Notes under the pieces: model-generated
Seen by the model: the letters and a program-made list of their open reading frames with translations, nothing else
What the model was told of the DNA's origin: nothing
Databases searched by the model: none
Translations under genes and position numbers: made by a program
Shown: piece after piece, positions 39,747 through 54,752 of the stretch
How the letters are laid out: each line of letters starts with the position of its first letter
Position numbering within the stretch: position 1 is the stretch's first letter
Assembly: GCF_009834535.1 (NCBI RefSeq)
Contig: NC_045696.1
Coordinates: 42,472,001-42,536,000, forward strand
Length of the DNA stretch: 64,000 nt
From: Camelus ferus
Lineage: Eukaryota
Direction of reading: 5' to 3'

Positions 39747-40412
39747 TATTGGGGCAATATAACTAAACACAAAACTTTCTCCCAACCCAGGAATCCTTTG
39801 CACAGTGATAGTAGAGATGAAAACACATTTATCATTGAATAAGCATTAAACCAGAATGTGATGCTTAGCACAGGCAATCCACTAAGAGGTTGCAAAGGCA
39901 GAAAGGGGTCTCACTCTTTTACATAGTCAAGCAGAGGCAACCCCTTAAAACAGGTTTTCAAAGTAAATAATAATTAGTCCTCTAGTAAGAAAACTTGACC
40001 AATCATTTGTCACATATAGTTCATCCTGAACTTACCTGGTAATTGAAGTGACAATCTGTGTTAGTGTATTGGCTTTATCCGAAGGAAAAAATTAAATTCT
40101 CGTCTCTTTATAAAAGGAGCTACTTTTACAATTTGGAGCAAGGCTCCCTCCAAAGAAGTTAGGGTCCTCTCTCCTCAGGCTGTGAGAGAAGGCTATTTTC
40201 CTTACAGTTCTGAGAGATGGTTCCCAGGTCCTTGAGAAAGACATCACTGGGTCATAAAGCTGACAAAAGCCCTGTATAATTTTCAAAAGGATTTACATAC
40301 ATTTCAAGGAGAAGAGAAAGTACTTACAAGTTTTGTGATATAAATGGACTCTTCCTTTATTTTCAACAGGGAGAATTAAACTGCTTATTTTTAATTTGTA
40401 TTTGTCCTTACA
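39747..40412 (-). mobile_element. ERV1 solo LTR (MER67-like, family tentative)
   Basis: The minus strand starts TGTAAGGACAAATACAAATTAAAAATAAG. 4-bp TSD CGTG at 39743-39746 and 40413-40416. Confidence 0.7.
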
Positions 40413-42309
40413 CGTGTTAACACTTTTAGCACTATTGGGCTCAGACGCAAATATCCAAACTTTCCAAACCTACGCATACATACACACACACACACACTGT
40501 TGCAACTTGAAATTTATATTAAAAAGATCTAAAATAAGATAAATAAGATAAATCAAATAAATAAGATAAATCAAAAGTTCCAGGAGAGGCTTTAAGTTTA
40601 TATGGGTGTTCTTTCCAAGTCAGCCCATTTTTGCAGGTTGTTTGCGAAAGACCAGCATGAGCAAACAGAGCCTAAAGGTTAATTGCTCACTCCCCTCTTG
40701 ACTTGTGGTTTCTCTTCCACAGCAGGCTCACCCTTGATGTCATCAGAAGCTCCACAAGCTGCTCAGATACTCAGCAATGGGATAGAATGAGAATAAGTCT
40801 GGCAAAGGAGAGGGGCTATCTAAATGCAAAGTAATGTTAATAATGATGAGAGTAACCATCTCACCCTATCTGACCTTTGCTGTTTCATGACATTAGAACT
40901 ATTTTCTATAATTTCCATGGCATTTATCCTTGAGTCAAGGAAACCACCATGGTCTAATTCATTTTAAATTTAAAGGGATATCATTTAATTTTGAAGTAGT
41001 TAACTCTTGGCTATCCAAGCTAATAGCAGGAAACTGATGCTATAATTGTGCTCTTCCTAGAATGAAACACAAACCACAGTTGACTTTTAGAGTACCAAGG
41101 AATTACTTTGCTGAAGTGAAGCATACAGATAAATGCATTTAGTCTCCGTGACTAATGGATACCTTCTGGAACCAGCCCCTTTTTGGGCGATGGTAGGGTC
41201 AGCCTAAACTTTCAATCCTCTAAAGAAGTCTTTAATGATAAAAGCACAGTCAAGGAGAGATTAGGTTTATGACACCAGAAATTTTGTGGCCTGACAGTTT
41301 TATAGTGAAGTAACTAGTCATGAGAAACATGGGTGGGTCAAACAGAATGAACTGTTTAATTCTGTGTTAGGCTTTGCTTAACCATTGCACTGTTCTGTGC
41401 CCAAAGACAAAGTAAGAGTGAATAATGGAATAATTATCCCAGGGAATACGTGCTGGCCCTCTGTGTAGATAAGAAAGGCCAATTCCTCTGCCTTCCTACA
41501 TAGTCATTGTATTTTGGTTTCCAAGTTGTGAAGAGAACGTCTGTTTTTGCTTTGCACCTGTGACCACATTACTATACCGGATAAGGCAGAAGTACTGATC
41601 CAGGCAGAGACTGCTGATCACATCCTGATTAATCTTCAGTGATAAAGTGCAGTAGGAGAGATGGGGAATTAGTTGGCAAATTCAGTGACTGAATAATTCA
41701 GGATCCATATCCTTCTTTATTTTAATAACGAAGGTCTTTATTGCATGGATTTTCACCTCCTCTCTTGTATAAGTAAAACCTATGTGCTTTCTTTCTGCTA
41801 GAAAAAGCTGACCAAACTCTTTTGGTCCCAAAGAATAGTGGAGCAGCAAGTGTGAACAGCAGTCTGCAAAGTTTGCCTGAGACCACATAGCATGTCCGAC
41901 AGCCCTGGAAACAACAGCTTGTATTTGCTAATGAGAAACAGATGTGGGAAACTGAGGTGGTGAGGAACCTGTTCCATACAGAGAGGAAACCTGAATTCCT
42001 AACCCACTTTAAATTCTGCATCAGCTGCTGGTATTTCGTGTAGATGAAACATCAGTATCCCTTTTGAACTTCTTGTTTCTTTAGCAGCAAAACCTAAATA
42101 TTGTATAAAAACTCAAGAGGAAGAGTAACTTAAAAGAAATTAGTTAAAACAACAAATATAACATCTGTCTCTAAGCAATTTTAAGTTTATGTGGTGCCAA
42201 AAGTTGCTACTCTCATAGAGATAGAAATGGAAATGATATATAAATTACTTTTATAACCTGCTAAGATTATATGGTTTTGGAATATCTACTGGAGTCCAGG
42301 GAACAAATT

Positions 42310-42672
42310 AGAGTTGACTCTGTATCCATGGGTTCCACATCTGTGGGTTCAACCAACCTCAGATTGAAGATATTCTGGAAAAAAATTCCAGAAAGTTCCT
42401 AAAAGCAAAACTTGAATTTGCTGCAGGCCAGCAACTATTTACATAACATTTACATTATATTTACAAGTATTTACATAACATTTACATTGTACTAAGTATT
42501 ATAAGTAATCTAAAGATGATTTAAAGTGTACAGGAGAATGTGCGTAGGTTATATGCAAATACTACATATGCCATTTTATGTAAGGGACTTGAACATCTGT
42601 GGATTTTTTTTTATTTTGATATCCAAGGGGTGTCCTGGAATCAATCCCCCACAGATTCTGAGGGGTGTCTGT
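42310..42672. mobile_element. TcMar-Tigger MITE (MER2-like)
   Basis: gtatccatgggttccacatctgtgg...ataagtaatctaaagatgatttaaag...taggttatatgcaaatact...tcctggaatcaatccccc. Confidence 0.85.
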
Positions 42673-43378
42673 CCTGTATTTCCAGGTGAGATATCTATGG
42701 CACTACAAAGCAATACACTCTTCAGCATACAGAAAAGGCCTTCCTATTATACTGAATAGGTTTTGGTTCCTGTGATCGGTTTTACACCAATCCTATCTTT
42801 AAGTGCATGCAAGCCAGACCACAGATACAGGTGCAGTCATATTCATAGGAATACCTGCATCTGAACTGCACAGGACCTTCATCTGCTCACAACTCACCCA
42901 CCCCCACCCCATGACTCCTTCAGTGGTTTCAGAGACTGCCCAGGGCATAGTTGCCATTTGAGGTGACTGTCCTGCTCCCCTGGTTATTAAACTGCTATGA
43001 ATTGTGGAATAGGGTAGAGGTGAGGTAGGAGAAGACTGATCCTATTCCCAATTTTATTTCACACATCTACCTGAGCACTGAAGTAGACTTATTTGGGCTC
43101 AGTCTCACAAAGCCCTTCATGAGCCCTCTTTCATTGTAATTCAAAACCAGTTAGTTCCTCAGAAAGGAAGAGAATCAAACACACACCCATCCCTTTCATG
43201 ATTCATGTCTCTCTCTCCTGTCTCTTTTTCATCCAAACCTTTCCCTCTTGTAAGCATGTAAATCATACTGTTTGGTGGGAGTGCTTAGTCTTACCAGATG
43301 GAACCCACCTCAGGGTTAGCTTCTGCCCAATCAAAATATATAGTTGTGACTAAGCAACTCAGTTTGTTAAAAGACTTG

Positions 43379-43918
43379 TGTAGGGGAAGAAAAATTATTT
43401 TCTCTCTACCCCTGTAGGTTCTTGGCTGAGGCTCCCTGTAATAAAAGACAGGATTAACTAGAGAAAAACAGACAGAAGTTTAATAACATGTAAGACCTGT
43501 ATTCATGGGCGATACCCAGAAAAACTAACTCCTTGAAATGACCCAAGCCACTACCTTAAATACTATCTCCAGCTAAAAATAAAAGAAGATACTGGGGTTG
43601 GGGAAACCAGGTTACAGGAGGTTATCAGGCAAAGCCCAGTAAACCAGAGTATTGTCATTTTGGAGATTTAAGTCAGGAGCATCCCTTTGTAAGAGTTTCT
43701 GGAGATTTAGTCCTTCCTCTCTTCCTGGTACAGAGAAGGAGACATACTTACAAATGGAGATTTCTCTTATAAATGTAAATGTCCTTTCAGAAGGATAACT
43801 TCCACTTGTTTTCAGAGATTCTCCTATGGCTGCTTTTTCTTAAAAAAAAAACAATCAGTTTAAGATAATCCTTATGCCGAAAAGGAGTATTTTGGGTGGC
43901 AAATTCTGCTCCCCTTCA
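43379..43918 (-). mobile_element. ERV1 solo LTR (MER34-like), 540 bp
   Basis: TG...CA termini and 4-bp TSD CTTG (43375-43378, 43919-43922). The minus strand begins TGAAGGGGAGCAGAATTTGCCACCCAAAATA...GGCATAAGGATTAT. Confidence 0.85.
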
Positions 43919-43924
43919 CTTGCA

Positions 43925-44050
43925 ACACTGGCATTATCTGGGAGCTTGTGAGAAATACACAGATAGGCCCCATCCCAGATCTATTGAATCAGAGTCTGCA
44001 TTTTAATAAGATCCTCTATAATACATATTCATGAGACATGCTGATTGGAG
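43925..44050. mobile_element. MER5A-like fragment
   Basis: ctgggagcttgtgagaaat...cccagatctattgaatcagagtctgcattttaataagatcc. Confidence 0.75.
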
Positions 44051-44859
44051 CATGGTATTCATGATGTCTTGCCAGCTTTATGTTGTTACATAACCAGTGT
44101 TTATGCCAACCTCAGCTGGCTGTTATGCACTTGCTTGCTATTAATGACAATAAGGATCAGTATATCTATCACTCTTAAGGGGAAATGGTTTAAAAATTCA
44201 TTATTAATAATAAAACAAGGTAATTAGTCACCAAGACCGATGCACTTAAAAAGGCTAAATACCTAAACAAATAGCAAAAATGCATTAATTTCTTATTATT
44301 TAGTGTGTTGAATTAGAAACTATCTGACATTGAGCATTGTGATGTTCATCTAAAACTCTGAAAACAGGAATCATCTCAGGCAGTTGGCAGAGTAGAGACA
44401 GGAAATATGAGTTCTGGATGAACAGTCAAGATGAACTCATCATTGTGCACGTATTTTCTTTGTGCATCTTGGAACTTGATATTAAAAAGTTAGAAACCAT
44501 GCATGCTGTTTGTGAATTTAATCAAATTTATTTTAATAAACACTTGCTGAGTATCTGTTAGGCCCTCTGAGAAAACCCAGAGCTTCCAATGATTTCATAA
44601 TCTAGTTGGGGAAGCAAAATATCCACTCTCAGGTAAGCAATATAGTAGACTTACAATTAAGGTGATATGGGATAGGGCAGAAGAGAATGATTATATTTCA
44701 TTGGGAAAATGAGGGAAAGTCTTATTAAAGGACACCTGAAAAATTATCTTTCTGTTTTCAGCCCATTTCTTACTGAGTGCTCTCAGTGGGTATTTCGTCT
44801 ACTATTATTGTTTATAGTGGATATGCTGAGTATTTGGTGATTATCACATTTATAACTCT

Positions 44860-45340
44860 CACTCTTTTCTGTCCTCCAAAGATTAGACTCACATTTCCAA
44901 CTTGCTGCTGTATATTTCTGCCATCCTATATGTACCTCAGCCTCTCAAAAACTGAGCTCATCGTCATTTTCCTTCCTGTATTCCTTATCTCAGGGACTAA
45001 TCCACCCAATCACTAATGCTTGAAACCTCAGCATCATTTTGACATCCCCTTTTCTTCACGCCATCATCTAATCAATTTCTTATAAAATTTAACCAGTTGG
45101 AACTATGTCCTGTCTTCCCAACAGTCCCTTCCAAATGACTCTGACCTACCAAGACATGGTTATACATAACATGGTCATCAAACCTCTGTCCTATCATTAC
45201 CAGGCAGCATTGTAATGGTCAGCTTTTCCTCTGTCTCCTTTACCCAACCATGAGTTCCATGAAGTAAAGGAGTCTTGTTAATGTCTCTATCTTCAGAGTC
45301 TAGCACAGAGACTAACACATAACATGTATGCAATAAAATG
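44860..45340 (+). mobile_element. LINE-2 fragment
   Basis: tcaaaaactgagctcatc...gaaacctcagcatcattttgac...tgagttccatgaag...tctagcacag. Confidence 0.65.
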
Positions 45341-47084
45341 CTTTTTTTTTTTTTTTTGGAGACTTTGTTGACATGAATTGGCATGCAGTTTAGATTTTGA
45401 AAATAAATAGGACCAAATAGCCTCTAGCCTGTATAAAACTGGTGGCACTGGCTTTGTGTTTTTAACTCCTGTGCACCCTGCTCTCTTTTTTTACATTATA
45501 CACTGACACCTAGAATTGCTTTTCATATAAATTTTTACATTTTCAGGTCAATAGTAAAGGAACATTTTGAGCCACTGCACTGCAGTGCTGAGTACAGTTC
45601 AATTTTGGGATGTTGCTGTGTTTGTATTGCAGAATATATGTGTGCAAATTATTTGAATACTTGCATAGATCTGTGCTCTTACTGTTACAGGTAATAATTA
45701 GAAAATGTTAAAATAAATATTGACACCACTGAAAGGAAATGTGGGTCTCAAACTAAACAGTATTAAGATGAGATAAAAATCTTTCAGTCTATCAAAAGCT
45801 AGAGATCTTTAGCCTCATCTGGATGCCATTGAATGGAAGCCAGTTGAATATGAAATTGTTGAGAAAAAGACCAAGGCTAGAAATACTTGTTAGATATGTG
45901 AACAATATGCTGCAAATATATTGTCATTAGTTATGTCTAAGAGGAAAAGTGTAATTAGCTGTTCTAGGAATGGAGCTTTATTGGAGATAAAGAAGTAGGG
46001 TGATGTTTTTATTCACATATACAGAATTGGATCCACCCCCTCTTTACACCCATTTAGATGGTAACCGTATTCTGCGAACCCCAAATCAGGATTCATTTTT
46101 ATACATGGTGAGATAGATGGTGACAGGATATTTAGTGTGACAGGATATTTAAATCTACATACTTTTAGAAAACCTGAGGCAAACTCGTTGCCTGATAGAT
46201 AGGTAAGAAGAGTGCAGAACTTTTCTTTATTTTTATCTGAATTCAATTGAATACTGCATTTTTTATTACTATGAAAAGCTTAGCTTGATTACATATCAGG
46301 GGAAAAATCACCATTTTGGCAGCATAGCTGCACATAAACTCTGTATGCAGGCCTACCATTTTAAATATATGTAGTATCTTTAAACACAGAACGCGAAAAA
46401 CCAAACATCTAAAGGTATTTAATTCCTTGGTTTTTTTGTTGTTAGCTTGTATTCATTGGGCTGTTTAATATTCAAAATATCGTTCAAAGGGATGCTGCAA
46501 TTCAGGCCAGGGATTGGGCAATAAAAATGCTAAAAAATTTAGTTGTTGAGAGCAACTCTTATTCAGTAACTCTGAAAAAATTTCTCTACTTTTGGCAGGA
46601 ATTACCCTTTGGCAACTTGAAGTATCTTTTTTTTTCCCCTCAAAGCCTCATAAATGGAAAAGTTGTGCTGAGTAGATGTCTTTAGTATCTACAACCAGGA
46701 AAAAAAAATGTGTTCCTTGGAAGGGACCGTGAAAAGTCTTTAGAAAACTGGGTTAGGATGGATTTGAACAGATCCCTTTTCTTACACTGTAAAAAGCCGT
46801 TAGTTTGTTATCGTTTCTTCAAGTGAGATTAGCTTGTAGCAAATTCAGTTCCATTGCAGGGGTTACAAGTCTTCAGGTATAAAGCAGAAAACAGAGGAGA
46901 ACTCTATATCTGGATAAAGCAGTCACTGCCATTGTTAAGCTGTTGTAGACATCAGTTAATTCCTCTCAAACAAAGGTGAAGCTGAAGTCTTTAACTGGTA
47001 TAAGAGAAAGGAATGATACCTCTCTCATAACGTATTTAATGATATGGATTCACTTCAATACATTTATGATATGCAGTGATCTAG

Positions 47085-47245
47085 TTAAGTACTCTAGGGA
47101 TACCCTACTCTGGTATGACCTCATCTAAATTGATTCTCTCTTCAGTGATCCTATTCCAAATAAGGCCACATTCTGATGTGAAGATGTGAAGATGCATCTT
47201 TTTTTTTTTTTCTTCTGGAGGAAATGGTACAATTCAACCTGTAAC
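47085..47245. mobile_element. MaLR LTR fragment (MLT1-like)
   Basis: tatgacctcatctaa...cctattccaaataaggccacattctga...acaattcaacctgtaaca. Confidence 0.75.
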
Positions 47246-47368
47246 AATTACCAAAACCAATAAAAGTAAAAGCTTCTGCCACTAGAGAGTTACCTTGCAG
47301 CAGCCAAACTCTCCATTTTCTACATATATTTTGTTCATTATAGGTAGAAAAATAACATGAAAAATTTA

Positions 47369-47408
47369 TGTGTGTGTGTGTGTGTGTGTGTGCACGCGCG
47401 TGTGTGTG
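47369..47408. repeat. (TG)n microsatellite with CG interruption
   Basis: Directly visible. Confidence 0.95.
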
Positions 47409-48089
47409 CCTGTTCACCTCTATAGACCTGGAATGGATCCCATCACGGATAACTCATGAAATCACGGAAAACTACAAATTGTTTTTCACATTTCCACACC
47501 AGTTCATTGCTTTTATGACGCCCTGTCACTGGCAACGTTTTCTCAGGGTAAGCTATGCATTTATGTTTGAGTACCAGCAGATTCATTTTCATTTTCCTTC
47601 TCTCTAGCATAATTTAATAAAATAAAATGAAATCTGGATGGATGGCTTTTGTTACTACATCCTGGATAAGATGGGTTACAAAACACCAAAGTGCTCAACA
47701 GTTTGGCTTAGGCTGAATTTTAACTGCTTCTTCCTGACACTTGGGAAAATGCATCATTTGTAGTGCGTCTCACTGCTCTAGACAGGTGATCTAAATAATT
47801 CACTTACTCTCTTCTGAATTTCCTCAGTGACCTAATTCTTTCCACTCAATTCTCCAATCATTTGACACTGCTCGACCAACATTTAATGCACCTCCACTGT
47901 ATACCAGGCACAAGGAACAGAGATGAACTAAAATCTCTCCACTCAAAGACCTCTCCTGAGATAACTAAACCAAAGACTCTTTTTCCTGGATATTTTTCTT
48001 AATAACTTTCTTGTTAGATTATGGTATCTTCAAGTAGAAGAATGAATCAAACAGATCGAGAGGATGAAAATACATCAGGGGATTTTTAA

Positions 48090-48386
<297 letters not shown>

Positions 48387-48849
48387 TGAAACTGTGTGCT
48401 AGGTTTGGGGATCATAACTAAAAAATTTCCCCATTTCATGAAATAATCGGAAGCCCAATGTATCTTCCGAGAAAAAAAATTTCCAATAAAACTGAGCAAA
48501 TCACTTTCCTTTGCCTGTCTGAGGCTTCTGCTCCCAAACATAGGATTTTATTTTCCCGTAGTGGTTCTGTTTCCTGTAGCTGGCAGTTGAGGGGCCTGAG
48601 ACTGACTGTGCTACCCTAAGCAACATTTTGTGTGAGTCACATTGAGCAATATTTCTCTACAGTTTATCATTAGCTGTGTTTCTAATGCTTTTTATAGAAG
48701 AACCTTATCATACAAACATTGTTTGTTCCAGTGAGTTTGGCAATGAATCACTTGGCCTGTTGCTTCTTAGTGACTTCTTTCAGAAAGAAAGATGAAATAT
48801 AGGATGGGGAAGTTAGAATCTTCTATGTATCATGCTTACCATTGAATGA

Positions 48850-49045
48850 TCCACACTACTGTTTTGTAAGAGGGCTGTTAGCACTTCCAGTGTGAAATTC
48901 TTCATTGTGTGGGGCTGTCCTTTGAGTTTCAAAATGTTTATCACATCCAGTCTTACCCATGAAATCTCAGTAGCATGCTCTCCCCAGTCATCGGGGAAAT
49001 CAAAACGCCTCTTCAAATATTTCTACCTTGAATGAGAACCACTAG
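48850..49045. mobile_element. hAT-Charlie MITE (MER20/MER3-like)
   Basis: aattcttcattgtgtggggctgtcct...ccccagtcat...tgagaaccact. Confidence 0.6.
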
Positions 49046-50275
49046 TCTACACTATTCATTTATTTATTCATGCACTGAACACCAAAAGTTGAATTGAAAG
49101 AAGCCTTCATTCTCCCAGGAATTAAAATCAATTGAAGTTAAAATACTGTGATTTGGAGAGTGTTACCCTGAAATTCATTTAGCACTATTTTTCCTTTTGC
49201 CTACTTCAATAAGGTCTTATTCGTAAATCCTAGCAAAGGCAAAAAGAAGATTAAATGAGATTAAATTAGCATGACCACTTAGCCCAGTGAAGAAGGAGAG
49301 ATTGGCTTTTCCCCTTGATAAATTACTGTTTGGGATGAAGGGGAAGGCTCGACTATTCTAACGGCAGGGCTTTTAAAACTTGGTGGGAAACGGGAGACAG
49401 GAAAAAGAGATTTCTATGAATCTCCTTTATCTTTTCCCGGAGGGCAGTTAGAATGTTGTGCCCATGACCGTTTCCAAGTCTACAGCTTGAGTACTGTTGA
49501 CTCTTTTCATTAAAAGCATTTATCCATCTCTCAGAATTGTGTGCAGAGAGGTTATGAAGTGGGCCTGAGGGAGAGTGAGGGAGAGACATGGCTGTGCTTA
49601 TCACACTTTGTCCCTGCTTCCTTGCGGAGGGAGGGAGCCCTGTGGAGAGCAGCAGCCTTTCCCCTCCTCCCAAGTAGCTCACTGCCTCCCCTTCAAGGAG
49701 CTTTCTACTCTGGATTTCAGTCTTGCCCTGCTGCCGAGAACAAAACTCGGGAGAAATGGCAGGCAAAGTAAGTGTGCATGTCTTTTCTTTTCTTTTTTTT
49801 TTTTTAAGAATTGAATAACTCTGGTATAAAGATTGCTATATATGTATATATATGTATATGCGTTTTTTTCACAGACAGAATTCATATGTTTAGCTAGCAG
49901 TTCAGGCAGGCAATGAGTGAAGGGGAAGTTTTATTTATTTTTTATTTTTGCCTTAGGTGTCACCAGCTTTGGAGTCTGCTACAAGGATAGTCACTTATGG
50001 GAAAAATTAAGTAGACTACTAAGACATTTGGATTAGAATCAAGATGTTTTCATTCATAATGACTCTGGCTCTCTTCATGAATCAGCTAGACATTTCTGCA
50101 GCTTTGCCCACATGCTCCTAGTTCATGTATTCTCTCATTGGAAATTAAATGTTATACATCTCCATAATATCTGCTAAAATATTTATTGAGCATCATATTT
50201 ATTTGACATGGTAGGGGAAGCTGTATTCCTCTATGGTCTAATGAAGATCAAGAACATAATTGATTACTCCTGAAA

Positions 50276-50395
50276 TGGTGGTTCTTAAATTTTGGGAGGG
50301 TTAGAGAATTCAGTGAAAGCTAATCAGTCCCAGGAAAATAGATAATCTTTTTATATAAATTCTGGGAGTTCGTTATCCCTCCGAAGCCCATTGCC
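50276..50395. mobile_element. Old hAT-Charlie MITE fragment
   Basis: gtggttcttaaattttggg...gagaattcagtgaaagct...gaagcccat. Confidence 0.4.
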
Positions 50396-51138
50396 TTGGA
50401 AGAGGGTGAGGATCTTCAAGTACCACAGAGGAAGACCCTGAGAAGATTGACCCCCACAAAATTTGCGACCTTAATTCCTTTGTTCAGAGTTTATCTCGGG
50501 GGCTCCAAGATGCTGGTGCCACTGTGCTATGCTGAAGACGCAAAGGCAAACGAGACCAAAGAGCTCTGGCTGGGGATGAGGGGCCTGACGAGTCAGACCG
50601 CTCATGCACCGTGACTGCTTCCATAGTGGAGATAGATGCTGTGGGGGAACAAACGTTTCCAGGGAAGGTGAGATCTGGGAGGAGCAGGATATGTCATGGT
50701 GAGGTGCAGGAGGGAGGAGGCAGAAGGAGAATGCACAAAGGTCAGAGCAACAACGGCCTTGGGACTGGAGCAGTATTCACCCACCAAGATTGGGAGCCAG
50801 GAGGTGTGAAGCTAACATGGAAATAAGATCAGATTAACAGAGGTCTTATACCCATGAGCATTTTCAAATTACTTGTTATAGCCCCCTGAACATATAATCT
50901 CACCTTTCTTATTTATGAAATTTGAGTAAAGTGTCTTTGGTAAATATGAAGTTTTGTTTAGCTCAAAGACACATATGATTGCTTGTAAGTAGCATTATAT
51001 GTATATAATTTCAAAACCATGCCATGTTATAGTTGAAACTGACCCTGGAAATGGTCCAGTCTAATATTTTATTTTACATATGAAATGCCTAGATTTATAT
51101 GTAGCTATTTAACCACTGAGCTTGGTCTACTGTTCTAA

Positions 51139-51324
<186 letters not shown>

Positions 51325-52696
51325 TAAGTTACATTTTTATTCTTGCTTTTTCATATCGTCCTTACGTTTGAGTCATTCTTATCCTTAAGGGATTTATAAA
51401 GATAGTGAGATTTGTTGAGAATAGCTAAACACAATCTAATGGGAACCATATTAGATCTTATCTATCTATCTACAATTGCTATTGTTATGATGCATATCAA
51501 CAGCTCAGTTTTAATTTGCATCCCCCTCCCCCAATTAAAACTGACTCAGACTAGTCAGTTATCTGCCTTGGGTTCTTCCGGTTCCCTTCAGAATTGCCCA
51601 AGAACCCAAGATCCCTGAATGCTTATGCAATCCAGAAGGGCCTATCATGTTCCCAGTGTATAGAACATTCAGTCACCACATTGTTGGGTCCTGCTTGGCC
51701 TTATTCTCAGCCATCTGCTCTCACTGCTGGACTCTGCTGCCCCAGAATCTGAGCTCTCCATGCCTCCTGCTGAGGACTCACCTGCACAGGTGCTGATGGT
51801 TCCCAGGAGAGGTGGCATCACCCAGAGCCAAAGAGCTTCAGACATGGGGCTGAGGTCATTGCCTTTTGATTATAGTCATGTATTCATTCATTACTCTCAA
51901 AGCACATATTCCACGACAGGTTACCATCCACATTACAATATAATCGTATGAATTTGTCAAATATTTTTGAGAAAATTAGGTGTTGGAGTAAAAACTTTCC
52001 CTCTCCAGGTCTAGGGTTTTCTATCACAAAGGTAAAGTTATTGTTTAATCTTAGTCACAAGGGAACATAGGGGACACATTTTGCTTCATTTAAAAAAATA
52101 TTCATAGATGATTTTTAATGGCACAGTGGTGATAAAAAGCCTGGTTAAAAGCAAAATTTTGATGTGAAAAACAAAAAAAAAAAAAAGAAAGGCCTTGAGT
52201 CAGAAGGGTACAGGTGGAGAGGGAAGTAGGTCATAGTCTCTCACTCTGATCCCCTCAACTTCCCCACTAAATACTTCCCTGAACTTCAGTGCATGTGGAA
52301 ATTTATTCATTTATTCAATAAGTATTTATTGTACACCAACTCTGTACCATGCAATGTTCCAGCTGTGAACAAAGAAAAACGAAATCCCTGATCTCATGAA
52401 ACTTCTATTGTAATGGTATTGATGAAAATATATTTGCATCAGATTCAAATTTTTTTTGGAATGATGTTTTCTGCAAAAGGTCTTATGTATGTAATAAAAA
52501 ATGGAAAAAAGTATTTCTTTATAAATAAAAAAATCATAAAGAACAGTTGATCTTTGCTTGATCCCTCTTTCTTTGTGATTATCTGTTCAGTGATTTAAGC
52601 AATATGCACACTCCAGGCCTAGTTAAAAGTATGTCAGGGTTGCTCAAGAGTTTTGGTGCCTTAAATCTGACATTAAGGTATAATGGAAACCTTTAA

Positions 52697-52819
<123 letters not shown>

Positions 52820-54454
52820 TGATGGGTGAAGAGTGTTCTTTTCTCTCTTGCTATTCTGAGGAGCCATTTATGCGAATGGCTTTTATATAAAATCTTCCAA
52901 AAGCCACATTAATCCTGTTATACTTTGGTACCATTTATTTATCTTTACTATAATTTTCATATATCTTAGCGATAAAGGTATACTAAACACTCCATGATTT
53001 TCTAGAAATTAATAAATGGTATAAATTTTATTTCATAAATGTGATTCTGCATAGTTATTCCAAGTGTCTATTTTTATGTGTATTTATTCATTTGTGTGTG
53101 TATGTGTATGTGTAGCCATAGTCAGAGTCAAGATTTTGGGAATAATATATTTGTGATAAAAAGATAGGAAATACCACCATAAAGGTGTTTAAAAAAAAAG
53201 ACAGGAAAAGCCCAAATGATACTTCACTTGAAGGCATGGTGCTTGGTGATGAATGTGTTAACATTTTCAATGTGAGTTTTGGCTGTTGTCAATTTTGTCA
53301 CATCTGAAATAATTTGGGATGACTCCATAGTATTGTCTAAACTTGTCATGTAAATATCCACAGTGGCAGTGAAAAGTGAAAAATACATGAATTTCTATTT
53401 ATAAATCTAACATTAATCCCCCAAATGATATTTTCATGTTGATTAAAAATTTTTATTCATACATTTTAAATGCCTGATTTAAATATCAATTTTTCAATCT
53501 ATCAACCAACATTTTTGTAAATTATGAATCTGATTTTTACATTATTATTCATGTCATCATGGCACTGAGTTATAATTCATGCAACGGATTTATAAGTCAG
53601 TGCTTTATACTTTGAATATAATGAGCTATAAATATTGTAGTAGGACATTTTCCAAAGGCATTTAAAAAAATCATGTTTATAAGTTTGTAGTCTGACACCA
53701 TAGAGTTCTAAACAACAAATTAAAATGTGTTGGAATGAAGATTGCCTTTCTGTCATTTCTGAACTTTTTTCTGCAAGGAGAAGCTGCCAAGATACTTGGT
53801 TTTATGATACTCAGCAGATATGCACCAATATTCATTCCCAGTATGACCAGATATTTATTATTGTTGTGAGCAATATTTTAAAATTAGAACGTTTCTGTCT
53901 GTTGATTTATATGTGTGAGCTCCCTGAGGTAGAATTGTGGTGACTGGTTTGGATTCAGTATTATTTGTTATAATTGAGTGAAACAAAAATGAGAATTCCC
54001 AATCTTAAAACAGCAAAATATATACCCCCATGACATTTACGGATACCACTGTTTTCTATAAAATTAAACTATTTTCTCACTAGAAAATTATAAAATCAAG
54101 AAGTGTGGATTTGCAGAAAGCTTTGCTGTTAAGCTCTTTTCTCTATCATTAGAAATGGTATGGTTAATCCTATTGCTAACTAGACCTGATCCTTCAAAGA
54201 ATTTCTGGAATCTTAAAGCCAAATGGAAACCTACAATTTGATGATAACCTTAAGACTTTAATTCTATGGTAAAAAAGATAATTGCTTGATATCAAACTAT
54301 AAATGAAACACCTAGTACCAAAATCCTTCTTACTTTTAACTAATTTGCAATGAAAGTATTACTAATGGTTGAATTAATAACTTAAAAGTTATTTATTAAC
54401 CAGTTATTTAATAAAATTCAACCACTTCCCCCAACTAGTTTTTTTAAATTAATT

Positions 54455-54752
54455 ATTTTTTAGATTTTTATTATTTAGTTTTAGATTTACAGAAAAATTC
54501 ATCTACATGTACAGAAATTTCCTATAGTCCTCCAGTGCCTGCACATAATTTCCTCTGTTATTTACACCTTGTACTGTAGGGCATGTGGCATATTTGTTAC
54601 AATTGATGAACGAATACTGATATATTATTAACTAGAATCCATAGTTTATATTTAGGTTAAAGCTTCGTGTTGTATATTCTGTGGGCTTTGACAAATGTAT
54701 ATAACATGCGTCCATCATTACTACATGTTACAGAAGAGTTTCACTGCCTCAA
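54455..54752 (-). mobile_element. L1MC-like 3' end
   Basis: ttttagatttacagaaaaatt...ttgttacaattgatgaac.aatactgata.attattaacta...tttgacaaatgtat. Confidence 0.75.

Noticed and set aside
46121..46151. Resemblance of TGACAGGATAT to the Agrobacterium T-DNA border core
   Set aside because: Only an 11-nt match; the rest of the 25-bp border and any vector context are absent, so it is coincidental.
49353..49885. Four overlapping ORFs in intron 2
   Set aside because: Chance ORFs in locally GC-richer sequence; they do not fit the ZPLD1 phase or protein.
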